Assembly: GCF_001194135.2 (NCBI RefSeq)
Contig: NC_069003.1
Location: 18,702,886-18,737,015 of the forward strand
Origin: Octopus bimaculoides
Lineage: Eukaryota
DNA: 34,130 nt
Direction of reading: 5' to 3'
Part shown: one piece after another, positions 1 through 11,335 of the stretch
How the letters are laid out: the number at the start of each line of letters is the position of its first letter
Numbering within the stretch: position 1 is the stretch's first letter
Program-made: the position numbers and the translations under genes
Notes under the pieces: generated by a model
The model's database searches: none
Told to the model about the DNA's origin: nothing
What the model saw: the letters and a program-made list of their open reading frames with translations, nothing else

Positions 1-237
1 CTCCAGAGTTGGAATGTTGGAAAGAGCTGTCTCCAGAGTTGGAAGGTTGGAGAAAGACTGCTTGTACGTCTGGGCCCTTCGTCGGCCGGCGAGAAAAGAG
101 AATGAATAAGGGCGCGAAGCTTGGATATCAAATGACCACGCATGCGCACGAGACTCTTCCTGTATTCCTTCCGGAACTAGTCCCTGCGCATGCGTGGATA
201 AGCTTTCCGGAATGTCTGCTATTAAGGCGTCACTACA
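1..237 (+). mobile_element. 3' end of an LTR (same family as 1966-2878 and 16491-18994)
   Basis: Shares CTCCAGAGTTGG, AAAGAGAATGAAT and CGCATGCGCACG motifs with 18845-18994. Ends GGCGTCACTACA versus GGCGTTACTACA at 18994. Carries a 30-bp tandem duplication at 1-60. The 5' part is outside the window. Confidence 0.75.
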
Positions 238-1038
238 GGTCTATGAATGAAGTATTCCGCTCATTACCAATTCACCTTATATTCAATTATTGTGTCTAGA
301 ACTACAATGAGTTGTTTCATGTTTTTTTAAAGAAAGGCTGGGTGTGATTTGAGGGTGAATTGGCTATCATTATTAGAAGTCTAACGACCGTGTTGGAGCT
401 TCCGTTGGCTATAATATACAACAATTTGTACACCTACACAAGAGTGCCCCTCCACTGACTTCGGTTCCTCATAACTTTCAGAAAAATGGTATTTTTTAAT
501 GGCTTTCTACAAATACTTTTCTGATGGCGTAGATTACGAATTTATCGGAATTTCATGTAAAAAAAAAATATTGGTGAGCGTCCATACATATGTATTTGAG
601 TGTGTTAGTATGTATCTACAAAACCAAACTTGACATTTTGAAAAATTATATGTACGCGCGCTCACCAGTTTTTTGCTTTTTTTTTTACCTCATTAAATTC
701 TGATATCATCGTATGTGTGGGAGACACACTTCAGTTGGTATGTTGATGTTTGCTTCCATTCCGTTGTCCACTTTTTCCCCATCAGACCAACTGAAGAAGA
801 GGCAGCCATGTTACTGATTGAATGAAATAATTCAGGGACTTGCTGTTTAGCCCCAAGTCATCAATACTAACCAAAGAGACCAACGATGACGGAAGACATT
901 GCAGCTGTGATAATCCCGACTTTTCGGGAATATCTGGGTCTAAGTTATCTAATGCATTCTTTGATTTTGTTTTTTATCTTTTAATAAGATTTGGTGGTTG
1001 TTCCTGGTAGATTTGACGGTTATATTATAAGCTTCCTT

Positions 1039-1197
1039 GCTTTATCGGCATCAGGTGATGCCCGTGAGGGCGCTTGGCTTTCCCAACGCCTTAGCTTCGC
1101 CATCGTCTGTGTTAATGCTGCGAGCGTGTTGGCTTGCTTCAGTAGGTTCCGTTGAACCTTGTGGTGTGCGACCAGTTACTCGTGATAAAAAGAAAAA
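1039..1197 (+). mobile_element. 3'-terminal fragment of a CRE-like (RLE-type) non-LTR retrotransposon
   Basis: 1051-1155 translates SGDAREGAWLSQRLSFAIVCVNAASVLACFSRFR*, resembling the QR(I/L)S.A..RGNAAS(I/V)L C-terminus of CRE-clade ORFs. It is followed by a short UTR and an A-rich tail (1184-1197). Confidence 0.7.
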
Positions 1198-1545
1198 CTT
1201 CCCCACAAATGATTTCAATACAGTTTTAACAGAAAGGTTTGGAAGAATTAGATGAAAGTTCTCCGGTAATTTTCTTTCATGTAAATAAATGCTTATGTTA
1301 ATTTTAAAATTTGCCAGCAAAATCTTGTAAAATGACTATACAAATACCCACCCAATTCCGGTTTTGTTTCCCCATAACTTTAAATGAAATTTTCTACAAA
1401 TACCTCTCAGAGGTGTATATTATAATCATATCAGAATTGAACGTAAGTAAAGCAAGGAAAACTGATGGTCGTACACATATACCTCCTAACAAACACACAC
1501 ACATACACAGACACACAAACACATGCACACGTGCACACATACATA

Positions 1546-2925
1546 TATGAATGAGGAAAAGAAGAAAATGGAGAAATTGACGAATAGACATCAGTTTATT
1601 CAAAGATATTCAAATCAATATAATATGAAATTCCTATCCCTACAGCCATTTCCATATCTAGTTAATTCAATTAGAGAAATTGAATTGAATTAAATCAATT
1701 CAGAATTTTCATATTGAAACTGGTTAATTGGGTATTTCATCAGTGAAGAATTTCCCAGAAAGTAGATACATTCCAGCATGTTGGTTGAGCCCTTGACAGA
1801 CTCAGATGTGAGCGTTTTGGTAATGTACGTATTTAAAAAACCGTTATGAGTATATTATATGTGTGTGTGTGTGCGTGTGATATAGTAGTGTGCATGCGTT
1901 TGTAATACATAATAGTTGTTAATGATGGTGGTGTCGCAGATAGAGGGAACTAGGTGTTATATATATATAATAGAACGACCGTTAGATATATAAAGAGAGT
2001 AAGTTTATTAACATAGTGAAACTGTAGTGTCTGTGTGTGCGTGCATGCGGCATATATAAATAACACAGTAGATATGTCAGGCCTTCGTGTACAAGAGTAT
2101 GTATACAACAATATGAATAACGGATCGTCGTATAAGCAATAGTGTGTGTACAATATGTGAGAGTACAATATGTGTGTGTGTGAGAGAGAGGGGAACACAG
2201 AATATAGAAAGAGTGTCTGTAACATAGACTACAAAAGTCTCAAACACTGAGATAGAGAAAACCAGTTCGTTTAAGAGTTACACAAGATATAGAATGTTCA
2301 TACGCAGGAAGTTGTGGCCAAGAGAGCAGAGCTGTGGTATCACAATATGTGTGTTGAGCATCGATGCTGTGACCGGTTACCTGGTCGGAATATTCTTGCA
2401 GGTTAGTTCTGATGTTGTTCGTGATCCACTCATACAGTGTCGAGATAAACCGCGTTTGTTGATATTGGTGTGTACTCTGGTAGTGCGGTTGCTGGTGACG
2501 ACATTGGTAGACAGTACATTTGGTGGTGAAGACGTCGTCGCTGGAAACTGCCTGGAACTATGTTCTGTATGTGTGTGGTCAGCGACCAGACCTGTGAGAG
2601 ATCTGAAATCGAAGACGACTGGCGGGTTCAAACAGGCTTATTTATAGATGTACAGGGGGCTCCAGGGAACAGGCAGAAATCACTCTCTCACGTGACCTTA
2701 TTAGAAGGCCACTATTGGACGGTATGCACCCTGGCGCGAAGCAGAACTGGGGACAATTGCCGCGCAAATGAGAACCAATCAGGGTAGTGGACACAAGGGT
2801 CCAAGGCAGCCGAAGGCTAGATGTTAGCCGTTTCGTTATCATTTATGATTGAATGCCCGAGAGAGAGGTTTCACTACATATATATATAGAGAGAGAGTGA
2901 AAGAGAGAAAGAAAGTGAGGAAGAG
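1546..2925 (-). repeat. Left arm of large inverted repeat IR1 (about 470 bp net, interrupted by LTR 1966-2878)
   Basis: 1546-1965 plus 2879-2925 is the reverse complement of 4107-4432 plus 7653-7795. About 6 mismatches in a 112-bp sampled block. Confidence 0.85.
1966..2878 (+). mobile_element. Solo-LTR-like element inserted in a (TA)n run
   Basis: Absent from the homologous IR1 arm. Ends TTTCACTACA and is flanked by TATA on both sides. 2200-2490 aligns with 17600-17887 (CCAGTTCGT..AGAGTTACACAAG, CAGGAAGTTGTGG, TACCTGGT..CGGAATATTCT). Confidence 0.75.
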
Positions 2926-3212
2926 ATGGCCACCATCAAATGACTGAAACAAGTAAAAGAATAAAAGAATACCAGAAGAACATTCCATGCCATTAAACCA
3001 TGAAAGTCTTTTGAATATGTAAGATGTATTTTAAGGCTAAATAGTAATTCTGTTTACGTTTGCGTAACTGAGATATTTTGGTTGGATTATACAGTTCTCG
3101 GTTTTACACTTCTTTCCATATTCTGTAACTGTCACAATATAGAAACGTTTCTCACGGCACCAGCACACAATTTACAGATGCTTACATTTTGTTATGTTTT
3201 CCGTGAATTTTT

Positions 3213-3556
3213 TGGCTGTGTGGTAAGTAGCTTGCTTACCAACCACATGGTTCTGGGTTCAATCCCACTGCATAGCACCTTGAGCAAGTGTCTTCTATTA
3301 TAGCCTCAGCCCAACAAAAGCCTATTGAGTGGATTTGGTAGACAGAAACTGAAAAAAAGCCCGTCGTATATATGTATATATATATGTATGTGTGTGTTTG
3401 TGTGTCTATGTTTGTCCCCCCAGCATTGCTTGACAACCGATGCTGGTGTGTTTACGTCCCTGTAACTTAGCGGTTCGGAAAAAGAGACTGGGGGTCGATT
3501 TGCTCGACTAAAGGCGGTGCTCCAGCATGGCTGAAACAAGTAAAAGAGTAAAAGAG
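3213..3556 (+). mobile_element. tRNA-derived SINE (octopus OK/OR-like family), internally deleted
   Basis: TGGCTGTGTGGTAAG head, GGTTCAATCCC B-box-like motif, central TA/TG microsatellite and (AAAGAGT)n tail. Near-identical to 7256-7652 and 10463-10868. Confidence 0.85.
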
Positions 3557-4106
3557 GCCCAGCTAGTTATTATTATTATAAATAATTGATTATATGTTAA
3601 AACTACTTGAAATTTGAATCTGTTGATACTTCACATTTTATTACACTAGCATCTGCAAATATAAGCATTAAATAATGCTTAGTAGATATAATATTGATAT
3701 AAAAACATTAATTAAATGGTAAAAATGTATATTAAGTTTTTCTGCACACTCAACAGTATCACTGCGGTTTGCTATAAATTTAATTAAGCATGTTTCTCAT
3801 AAATATGTCATTGATATTTTATAATATAATTATTAAACTAAGTTAGAGGTAAAATGTATTGATTTTATAGTAGTTGTGGCTTTAGTACCTTTAGTTTTTT
3901 AAATAATTTTTTTTTTATCAATTGTATTTGGCAATGTTTAAGTTTTCTTTGTTTACATAGTTGTATTGACCATAACCTCTGTGCACAAATATGAATGACA
4001 CTATAATATGATAATTAATTAGCAGTTTCTTGACATGTCATATTATTTGTTGGCTACCATATTCAAACAAACGTATGCACTATTACATGAAGAATATTAC
4101 TGCCCT

Positions 4107-4245
4107 CTCTTCCTCACTCTCTTTCTCTCTTTCAATCCCTCTCTCTCTCTATATATATAACACCTAGTTCCCTCTATCTGCAACACCACCAACAATAACA
4201 ACTATTATGTATTACAAACGCATGCACACGACTATATCATACATA

Positions 4246-4294
<49 letters not shown>

Positions 4295-4432
4295 TCATAA
4301 TGGTTTTTTTAAATACATATATTACCAAAACGCTCACATCTGAGTCTGTCAAGGGCTCAACCAACATGTTGGAATGTGACTACTTTCTGGGAAATTCTCC
4401 AATGATGAAATATCCAATTAACCAGTTTCAAT
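4107..4432 (+). repeat. Right arm of IR1, inner part
   Basis: Reverse complement of 1700-1965 and 2879-2925. Homology stops at ...ACCAGTTTCAAT (4432). Confidence 0.85.
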
Positions 4433-4722
4433 GGGGCAAAGAATAACACCATCTTGTCTCTTCCCATCACTTCTGGACAATCCCGCAGGCTCCTGAACTG
4501 AGAGGATATTAACCCGAGCTAGACCCCGCTTAATGATTAAGATTAGCTTGCTGTGATGAGCGAAACGACCAGCATTTAGGCAGCAAAACAAGCCACGATG
4601 GCCTGTGGAGTTGAGGAGCCTACTAAAGCGACGTCTCAGTCCTCCACTTACGTCGGTGCCCACTCTGAGTACAATGGAGATGCTGAGCTCATCCAGACTG
4701 AGTAGATCACCAATGTTGATGC
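4433..4722 (-). mobile_element. CRE-like LINE fragment (zinc-knuckle remnant and start of the restriction-like endonuclease domain)
   Basis: The minus strand reads INIGDLLSLDELSISIVLRVGTDV...GHRGLFCCLNAGRFAHHSKLILIIKRGLARVNILSVQEPAGLSRSDGKRQDG. This resembles the CRE-clade pattern LRLG..HGL.C..SAGR..RH..LN.IIKRAL....EP.GL.R.DGKRPDG. Confidence 0.75.
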
Positions 4723-6546
4723 CTCATCATGATGGAGTCTATATGGGAAGGAAGTGGTCTTCCTATAATGACAGATAATATATCAATTTTGGATAAAAAA
4801 GTATCCAATGTAGAAGATACTTATGTGGAGTCTGGTTTAGACTCTGTAAAAGAGAATGTTCAAAATAAAAAAGCCTTAAATGATATCGAAAAGAGTGAAT
4901 TCGGTGATTGTAAATTGTGTGTAACTTGTGAGGATGAGGATAAGCTGTAAGCAGAGTTACCACTTTCAGCATTAAATGAGAAACTACAGAACAATGATGT
5001 GTATAAGACAGAATGTAGATCTGAAGGTAACAGTGGTAATACAGCCTTAAATCAAGATAGGCAAAGCTCCAACGTGGGTAATAAAGCTATAAAGCCTCCA
5101 GTTATGAATGAAAGTAACAACAGTGTACATACTGGTGACAGAAACAAGCCTGTACAGCAACGATTTAACCCTTTCAATAATGAATTTATCTTTGAAGGAG
5201 ACCATTTCTCTGAAGTAGAATCAACAAGTTCTTCCGACAGTCATGTGTGGTCATTTATTCAGGATGGTGCAATACCTTCCAGAGACAATCTAGAAGTTTC
5301 TTTTGATGAACTTGGATTGGCAGAAGATCATTTTATGCATCCAGAGGGACATTTCGGACGAAGAGGAATTACATATGGCCATTGAAAACTGTAAAGAGTT
5401 GATCCGACAGTGTGATCCATCAGATCCAGCAAGTGCTAACTGTCAACAGAAACTAATTCAGTTGCGCATGCACTACCAAGAGCTGAAGGAAGGACCTGTT
5501 GAAACTGACACCCAAATCAAAGTTGTCATGTCTCACAAATTCAAAGATACGTGTCGGTGCCAATAGTCATTCACTGTGAGAAATGTAAAGGTGTTATTTG
5601 GGGGCTGATAGGAATCAATACATGGTACAAATGTCAAGAATGTGGGTATCGATGTCACCAAAAGTGCCTTGACTCTGTGATGAGGAATGTGTCCAAGTGC
5701 AAAGATTGCCCAGGGTCAAAGCATCATCACCGATATTTGTCCTGAACGAGGCCTTAGTCTTCAGAAATTTCGATGTGTTGATTGTCGTGAACCAACTGAA
5801 TTTCAAAGTAACCAAGGCTGGTCTAAACCCCGTCTTTGTGATTATTCTGGCCTTTACTATTGTGAGCTGTGTCACTGGGGTGATGAGATGGTCATTCCTG
5901 CCAGAGTTGTCTCCAACTAGGACTTTGAACCACAGAAAGTAAGCCATGCCAGTCGACAGTTCGTGAAATTAATGTTGCAAAAGCCTGTCTTAGATCTTGA
6001 AAAACACTGTCACTTATGCTTAATATGTCAGAAGAATTACATCAAATTCTTAAACTTCGAAAAGACATCCTTATTATGAAACGATAGTTTGTCCTTTGCC
6101 AAGTTGCCCGTGAAAATAAGTTGTTGTTATTGCTGCAGAAACGACAACATTCCAATATGTTTTCATTACAAGACCTCATAGGTGCTGATTCTCAAATATT
6201 GCTGCCTTAACTAACAGATATTGTAAATAGTTTTTTGAAACACATAAAGAAAGCCTGCCAGCTATGTCGTGCAAAAGGATATACCTGTGAAATCTGTCAC
6301 AGCAGTGAGGTTCTCTTCCCATTTGACATATACACAAAGTCTTGTGAAACTTGCTCTCAAGTCTTCCACAGGAAATGCTTTACAAAACTTGAAAGCTGTC
6401 CACGATGTGCTCACCGACTTACATTGACTTCATGCTGCTTTGCTATTGAATAGGGCAATTGGTTTATACATATGTGAATGTATGCACATAGATGAAACAC
6501 ACAAGCACAAGTATTCACCCCTTCCTCCACACACACACACATGCAC

Positions 6547-6578
<32 letters not shown>

Positions 6579-6750
6579 ATCATCATCATCCTTGTTTAAC
6601 GTCTGCTTTCCATGCTAGCATGGGTTGGACGATTTGACTGAGGACTGGTGAATCAGATGGCTACACCAGGCTCCAATCTGATTTGGCAGAGTTTTTACAG
6701 CTGGATGCCCTTCCTAGCGCCAACCACTCCGAAAGTGTAGTGGGTGCTGG
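6579..6750 (-). mobile_element. SINE/LINE-tail-type interspersed repeat inside the DEF8 3'UTR
   Basis: (CAT)n-GTTTAACGTC..TTTCCATGCTAGCATGGGTTGGAC..GGATGCCCTTCCT is the reverse complement of the repeat at 33845-34015. Confidence 0.75.
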
Positions 6751-7227
6751 GTATGTGTACATTCATACATATAGATGTGTTAGGTATATTATGTAACTAT
6801 CCCATCCATATTGTTTGCATATACTTAAAGTGAATGCTGATTGAGTAAGTCGACAGGTGTTAAATGATTATGCAGATTTGTAGCAAATAAAAATTAAAAA
6901 AAAGGAAAAAGCATTATGTGATGAAAATCTGAGTCTTGAGTGTCACAGCATATCTAATTTCTATTTTACTAAATAGAAAAGCCAAAAAAACTAAATATCA
7001 AAATGTGTTCTATGTAACTAAAAATGGCCAAAAGAATGAAAGCTGTTGGAAGAGAACTATTATTTCTGCTATGAATGGTTACTGGCTGTGGACTAAATAA
7101 TGGTTGCTTTCCAGAATCTTGCTTGATTCATGTAATTATTTTATAGAAGTTAATTGAATGGTTATAAAAAATAAGAAAACAAAACAAAACATAACAAAGA
7201 AACAAATAATTGCTTAAAAGTTGATTA

Positions 7228-7233
7228 AATAAA
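7228..7233 (+). terminator. Polyadenylation signal of the DEF8 retrocopy
   Basis: AATAAA lies 10 nt upstream of the A-run at 7243-7254. Confidence 0.7.
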
Positions 7234-7255
7234 TTGACATTTAAAAAAAGAAAAT

Positions 7256-7652
7256 AGGCGCAGGAGTAGCTGTGTGGTAAGTAGTTTGCTTACCAACCAC
7301 ATAGTTCCGGGTTCAATCCCACTGCATGGCAACTTGGGCAAGTGTCTTCTACTATAGCTTCGGGCTGACCAAAGCCTTGTGAGTGGATTTGGTAGACGGA
7401 AACTGAAAGAAGCCTGTCGTATATATGTATATATATACGTATGTGTGTGTGTATATGTTTGTGTGTCTGTGTTTGTCCCCCCAACATCGCTTGACAACTA
7501 ATGGTGGTGTGTTTACATCCCTGTAACTTAGTGGTTCAGCAAAAGAGACTGATAGAATAAGTACTAGGCTTACAAAGAATAAGTCATGGGGGTCGATTTG
7601 CTCAACTAAAGGCTGCAGTCAAATGACTGAAACAAGTAAAAGAGTAAAAGAG
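7256..7652 (+). mobile_element. Full-length tRNA-derived SINE inserted at the DEF8 poly-A tail
   Basis: AGGCGCAGGAGTAGCTGTGTGGTAAG head, GGTTCAATCCC box, central microsatellite and AAAGAGTAAAAGAG tail. Confidence 0.9.
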
Positions 7653-7795
7653 TTAATTCAATTTCTCTAATTGAATTAATTGGATATGTAAATGGCTGTA
7701 GGGATAGGAATTTCATATTATATTGATTTGAATATTTTTGAATAAACTGATGTCTATATGTCAATTTCTCCATTTTCTTCTTTTTCTCATTCATA
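7653..7795 (+). repeat. Right arm of IR1, outer part
   Basis: Reverse complement of 1546-1690. Resumes about 20 bp downstream of where the arm broke at 4432. Confidence 0.85.
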
Positions 7796-9552
7796 AATAT
7801 TCTAAATACCCATATCCATCAATGCAAAACTAAAAACTAATGTGTTTAGTTTTTCATTGAACACTGGTTATAAACCGGAGAACTAGGATGCAAACATCCC
7901 TTAAAGGATTGTAGGTCCTTGAAAGGATTAAATATATATATATACAAAATGAAACTTGAAAGTTTGAAACAAAAAATTTGTTGTGTGTCAGCATCTATAT
8001 GAACATGTCCACTTCTTCTTTCCTCATTAAATTTTGATATAATTATAACCTGAAAGTTAATTGTTGAAAATTTCATTAGAAAATATCCACTATGAGGAAA
8101 TAAATCCGGTATGGTTGAGACACACTTAAGGGATCATGTCAAATTTCGTCTGACCATTTGAAGTTTTAACTGAGTTGTGTCTCTGGCCCTCTTAATACAA
8201 ATTCTTGCTTCACATGAATCGTATATAAAAAAGTGGAAATAATATAATAAAAGAGCTTTCAATTAACAGTGACACTATTCTTCAGCTAAATAAAATTATA
8301 CAGTGAACCAGATTAACACATCACAAAGTATGTTGTCTGAAGAAAAGCATACATAGTTAGATTTTCAACTCAGTTGAACATGGTTAAATGTGCTTCAACA
8401 GGAACAAAAATAATGTGGCATGGCTTCCTAAAAACAAACTCTCCCCTCTGAAACATTATGCTATTTATTAACAAAATTGGGGTTCAGATGACCATTTTTA
8501 ATTTGCTGCTTTTGCTTGTCAATTACACAACACAATTGGATACGAGCGAAGTATCCCACATAAAACTAGACCAATCCAAATGCCTAATACTCGACAAAGT
8601 ATTTCAGCATCACATGACTGGTCACATGACCAATCATTAGCGACTTATGTGTGGAGCCCTTCTGGGAGTACTTAAGTCAAAACATGCAATTATGAAATTA
8701 GTCTTACTACAAGGTATTTCAAATTTTCTCCTGATTATTTTCAGAAATATGTAGTTTTGCATGCTGATGAAAAAAATCACATTCATTTTTTTTTTTTCTC
8801 TAGAAGTTAATAATCAAGTTACACTAGAGCAGAAAATTTGAAATGGCTCAAATTACTGGAAGTTATTTAACAAAATCCCACTTGTGTGAATATGCTGCTT
8901 TATCAACCAAGATTTAACCCATGAGAAACAAAGAAAGACTCTATATGGCATATAGGAGAATTGGAATTTCATAGCAGATTTGCTGTGATATTTTCACTGC
9001 ATAAACAACATACAATGCTCTTTTCCAATAACAAATATCACTTTTATTGATCCAGAAAAATGTAAGGTCAAACAGCATCAATGACAATGACAGCTATATA
9101 AGACCATGACTTACATGAAATAAATAAACCAGAAAGTATAAATAAGAAATAAGTTTGTATAAATGCAGATAAGAAAAAGGCCTTTTTTATATACCAAACT
9201 ATATTTGTAACTCTAGAGTTTTATTTGTTTGACAAGAGATTTCCTTGATCTGAAGGGATAAAATTTGAAATATGTCACAGAAGTCATGAAATAGAATTTT
9301 ACACACACACACACACACACACGCATGCATGCATGCACACACGCATGCATGCAAGCATGCACACACACACACACTCACACACACACAAATTCATTTTTGT
9401 TTTTATTTTCTTGTAATAGTATACTATAAAGTGTTAAAACACTCATACATCTACAGCAACCTGATCATTGACCATATATGCATGTGTCAGTGACTCCAGG
9501 TCATGAAATGTGACAAGATGTTTTGGCAGTTCTTTTCTAGTTTTCTTTTTAG

Positions 9553-9680
9553 TTTGTGACCAGATGGTGAGAAAATCTATAGTTGCCAGTAGAAAATTCT
9601 GGATTGAAAAACAGTCTTGTTCTCTGCTGGAAAAATTGGAAAATGGTGAAATAAGTTATGTTTTGGCCAGGAAACCCTGG
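9553..9680 (+). CDS. Candidate internal coding exon of an unidentified host gene
   Basis: Strong pyrimidine tract TTCTTTTCTAGTTTTCTTTTTAG before 9553 and GG|GTAACT donor after 9680. Only one frame is open: (x)CDQMVRKSIVASRKFWIEKQSCSLLEKLENGEISYVLARKPW. Non-repetitive. Protein not recognised. Confidence 0.5.
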
Positions 9681-9731
9681 GTAACTGTATTTTACAAGAC
9701 TTGTTGTTTTCATTATCGCACACGTGCGCGT

Positions 9732-9766
<35 letters not shown>

Positions 9767-9884
9767 GGCACACACACACATGCACACACACATACACATG
9801 CACACACACCTGCACACACACATGAACACATACACACACACTCACTCACACATGCACATCCATCTACTACAACAGAATTAATAC

Positions 9885-10070
9885 CAGCACTGGTGCCACA
9901 TACAAAGCACTCAACACACTCTGTCGAGTGGTTGACATTACAAAGGGTATCCAACCATAGAAACCATGCCAGAACAGACAATGGGGTCTGGTGAGGACCC
10001 TAGCCATACCAGCACCAGTCACACCATCTAACCCATACCAGCGTGGAAAATGGACATTAAATGGTAATGA
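9885..10070 (+). mobile_element. Degenerate copy of the repeat at 6579-6750 and 33845-34015
   Basis: GAGTGGTTG.CATTA.AAAGGGTATCCA ... AACCCATACCAGCGTGGAAAATGGACATTAAATG, similar to 33870-34015. Confidence 0.65.
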
Positions 10071-10139
10071 TTTCAGCCCTTTAGTTACTTATGTAACTTT
10101 CTTCTAATTAAAATAGAATGTGTGTGGATTATTATTATT

Positions 10140-10235
10140 CAAATTTTGCCTTTCGTCCTTTTAGGGTCGATAAAATAATCTACTAACCCTTCCCCCATAA
10201 CTGCTGGCCTTGTGCCTAAATTTGAAATTATTATT
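10140..10235 (+). mobile_element. 3' fragment of a Nin/Deu-domain-like SINE
   Basis: GCCTTTCGTCCTTTTAGGGTCGATAAAATAA resembles the Deu/Nin core. Ends GGCCTTGTGCCTAAATTTGAAA plus (ATT/GTT)n. Confidence 0.6.
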
Positions 10236-10462
10236 GTTGTTGTTGTTATTTGTATAAGAATAAGCATAGTCATGTGGTTAAGAAACTAGTAGAACTGAAC
10301 CAGAAATCACATGCTTTGGAACATGGTTTGGGCTCCAGTCTCCACTGCGCAACAAATTAGGCCAACAGATACTACTGATGAAATAAGTACAGGCTTTAAA
10401 AAATTTACTGCGGTCAATTTGATCAACTAAACCCTTCAAAGCATTGTCCCAGCATGACTATA

Positions 10463-10868
10463 AGGCGCAGGAATGGCTGTGTGGTAGGTAGCCTGCTTAC
10501 CAACCACATGGTTCCAGATTCATTCCCACTGCATGGCACGTTGGGCAAGTGTCTTCTACTATAGCCTCGGGCCGACCAAAACCTTGTGAGTGGATTTGGT
10601 AGACGGATATTGAAAGAAGCCAGTCGTATATATATGTATGTATATTTGTATGTGTGTGTATATGTTTGTGTGTCTGTGTTTGTCCCTCCAACATCGCTTG
10701 ACAACCAATGGTGGTATGTTTGTGTCCCCGTAACTTAGCCGTTCGGCAAAAGAGACTGATAGAATAAGTACTAGGCTTACAAAGAATAAGTCCTAAGGTC
10801 AATTTGCTCGACTAAAGGTGGTGCTCCAGCATGGCCACAGTCAAATGACTGAAACAAGTAAAAGAGTA
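10463..10868 (+). mobile_element. Full-length tRNA-derived SINE
   Basis: Same head, body and tail as 7256-7652. Runs into the N-gap. Confidence 0.9.
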
Positions 10869-10976
10869 NNNNNNNNNNNNNNNNNNNNNNNNNNNNNNNN
10901 NNNNNNNNNNTATATATATATATATATATATATATCTGTGTGCGAGTGTGTGTGTGTGTGTGTGTGTTAGCAAAGG

Positions 10977-11095
10977 TGCATGGCCTTGTGGTTAAGGTGT
11001 TGGGTTTATGATTCCAGGACTGTCTGACTGGTACACTGTGTCCTTGAGCAAGGCATTTTATTTCACATTCCACCAGTCCAATTAGCTGGAAAATG
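10977..11095 (+). mobile_element. 5' part of a second tRNA-derived SINE family
   Basis: GCATGGCCTTGTGGTTAAG head and GTGTCCTTGAGCAAGGCA core. Related to 31360-31690. Confidence 0.6.
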
Positions 11096-11335
11096 TGTCC
11101 CAGCTTATTGTTGATACCATTCTCTCTCCTCCTTGTTGTCATATCTCTGACATTCCAGACATCCCATGTCCTCAGAACTACATTAGTTGACTTCTTTCAG
11201 TTTGGAAAAAACCACTCCTTCAGTTTCATTCTAAAAATTGGCCACAACACAACCAATGCATATCCAACAGATCAAGTCAAAGCTTATTTTACCTGAGAAA
11301 TAATAAGGGAGGTGGTAGTCATGGTGGTTTCTACA

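Larger units (their letters stand above)
4729..7254 (+). pseudogene. DEF8: Processed (retro)pseudogene of DEF8 (C1 domain plus Rubicon-homology/zf-RING_9 domain protein)
   Basis: Intronless. Reading 4729-6453 contains RFNPFN, ELGLAEDHF, AIENCKELI, CEKCKGVIWG..TWYKCQECGYRCHQKC, ICPERGL..Q.FRC, CDYSGLYYCELCHW.D..VIPARVV.N(W)DFEP.KVS and KHIK..CQLCRAKGY.CEIC...EVLFPFD...C..CSQVFHRKC, all matching DEF8. In-frame stops at 4948, 5918, 6085 and 6208; frameshifts near 5355, 5550, 5685 and 6010. 3'UTR ends with AATAAA (7228-7233) and poly-A (7243-7254). Confidence 0.93.

Noticed and set aside
791-830. CTGAAGA...GAAA hammerhead-like boxes
   Set aside because: Stems I, II and III cannot be paired adequately.
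4729-6453. DEF8 as a functional intron-containing or single-exon gene
   Set aside because: The frame changes lack GT-AG introns, conserved positions are stops (e.g. TAG at 5918) and a genomic poly-A follows.
7256-7330. tRNA-like heads here and at 3213, 10463 and 31360
   Set aside because: They continue into SINE bodies and tails and lack a complete cloverleaf; they are not tRNA genes.
7846-8076. Minus-strand ORF with a TTTCAG acceptor (VIIISKFNEERRSGHVHIDADTQQIFC)
   Set aside because: No convincing donor; it runs into a TA repeat and is unrecognised.
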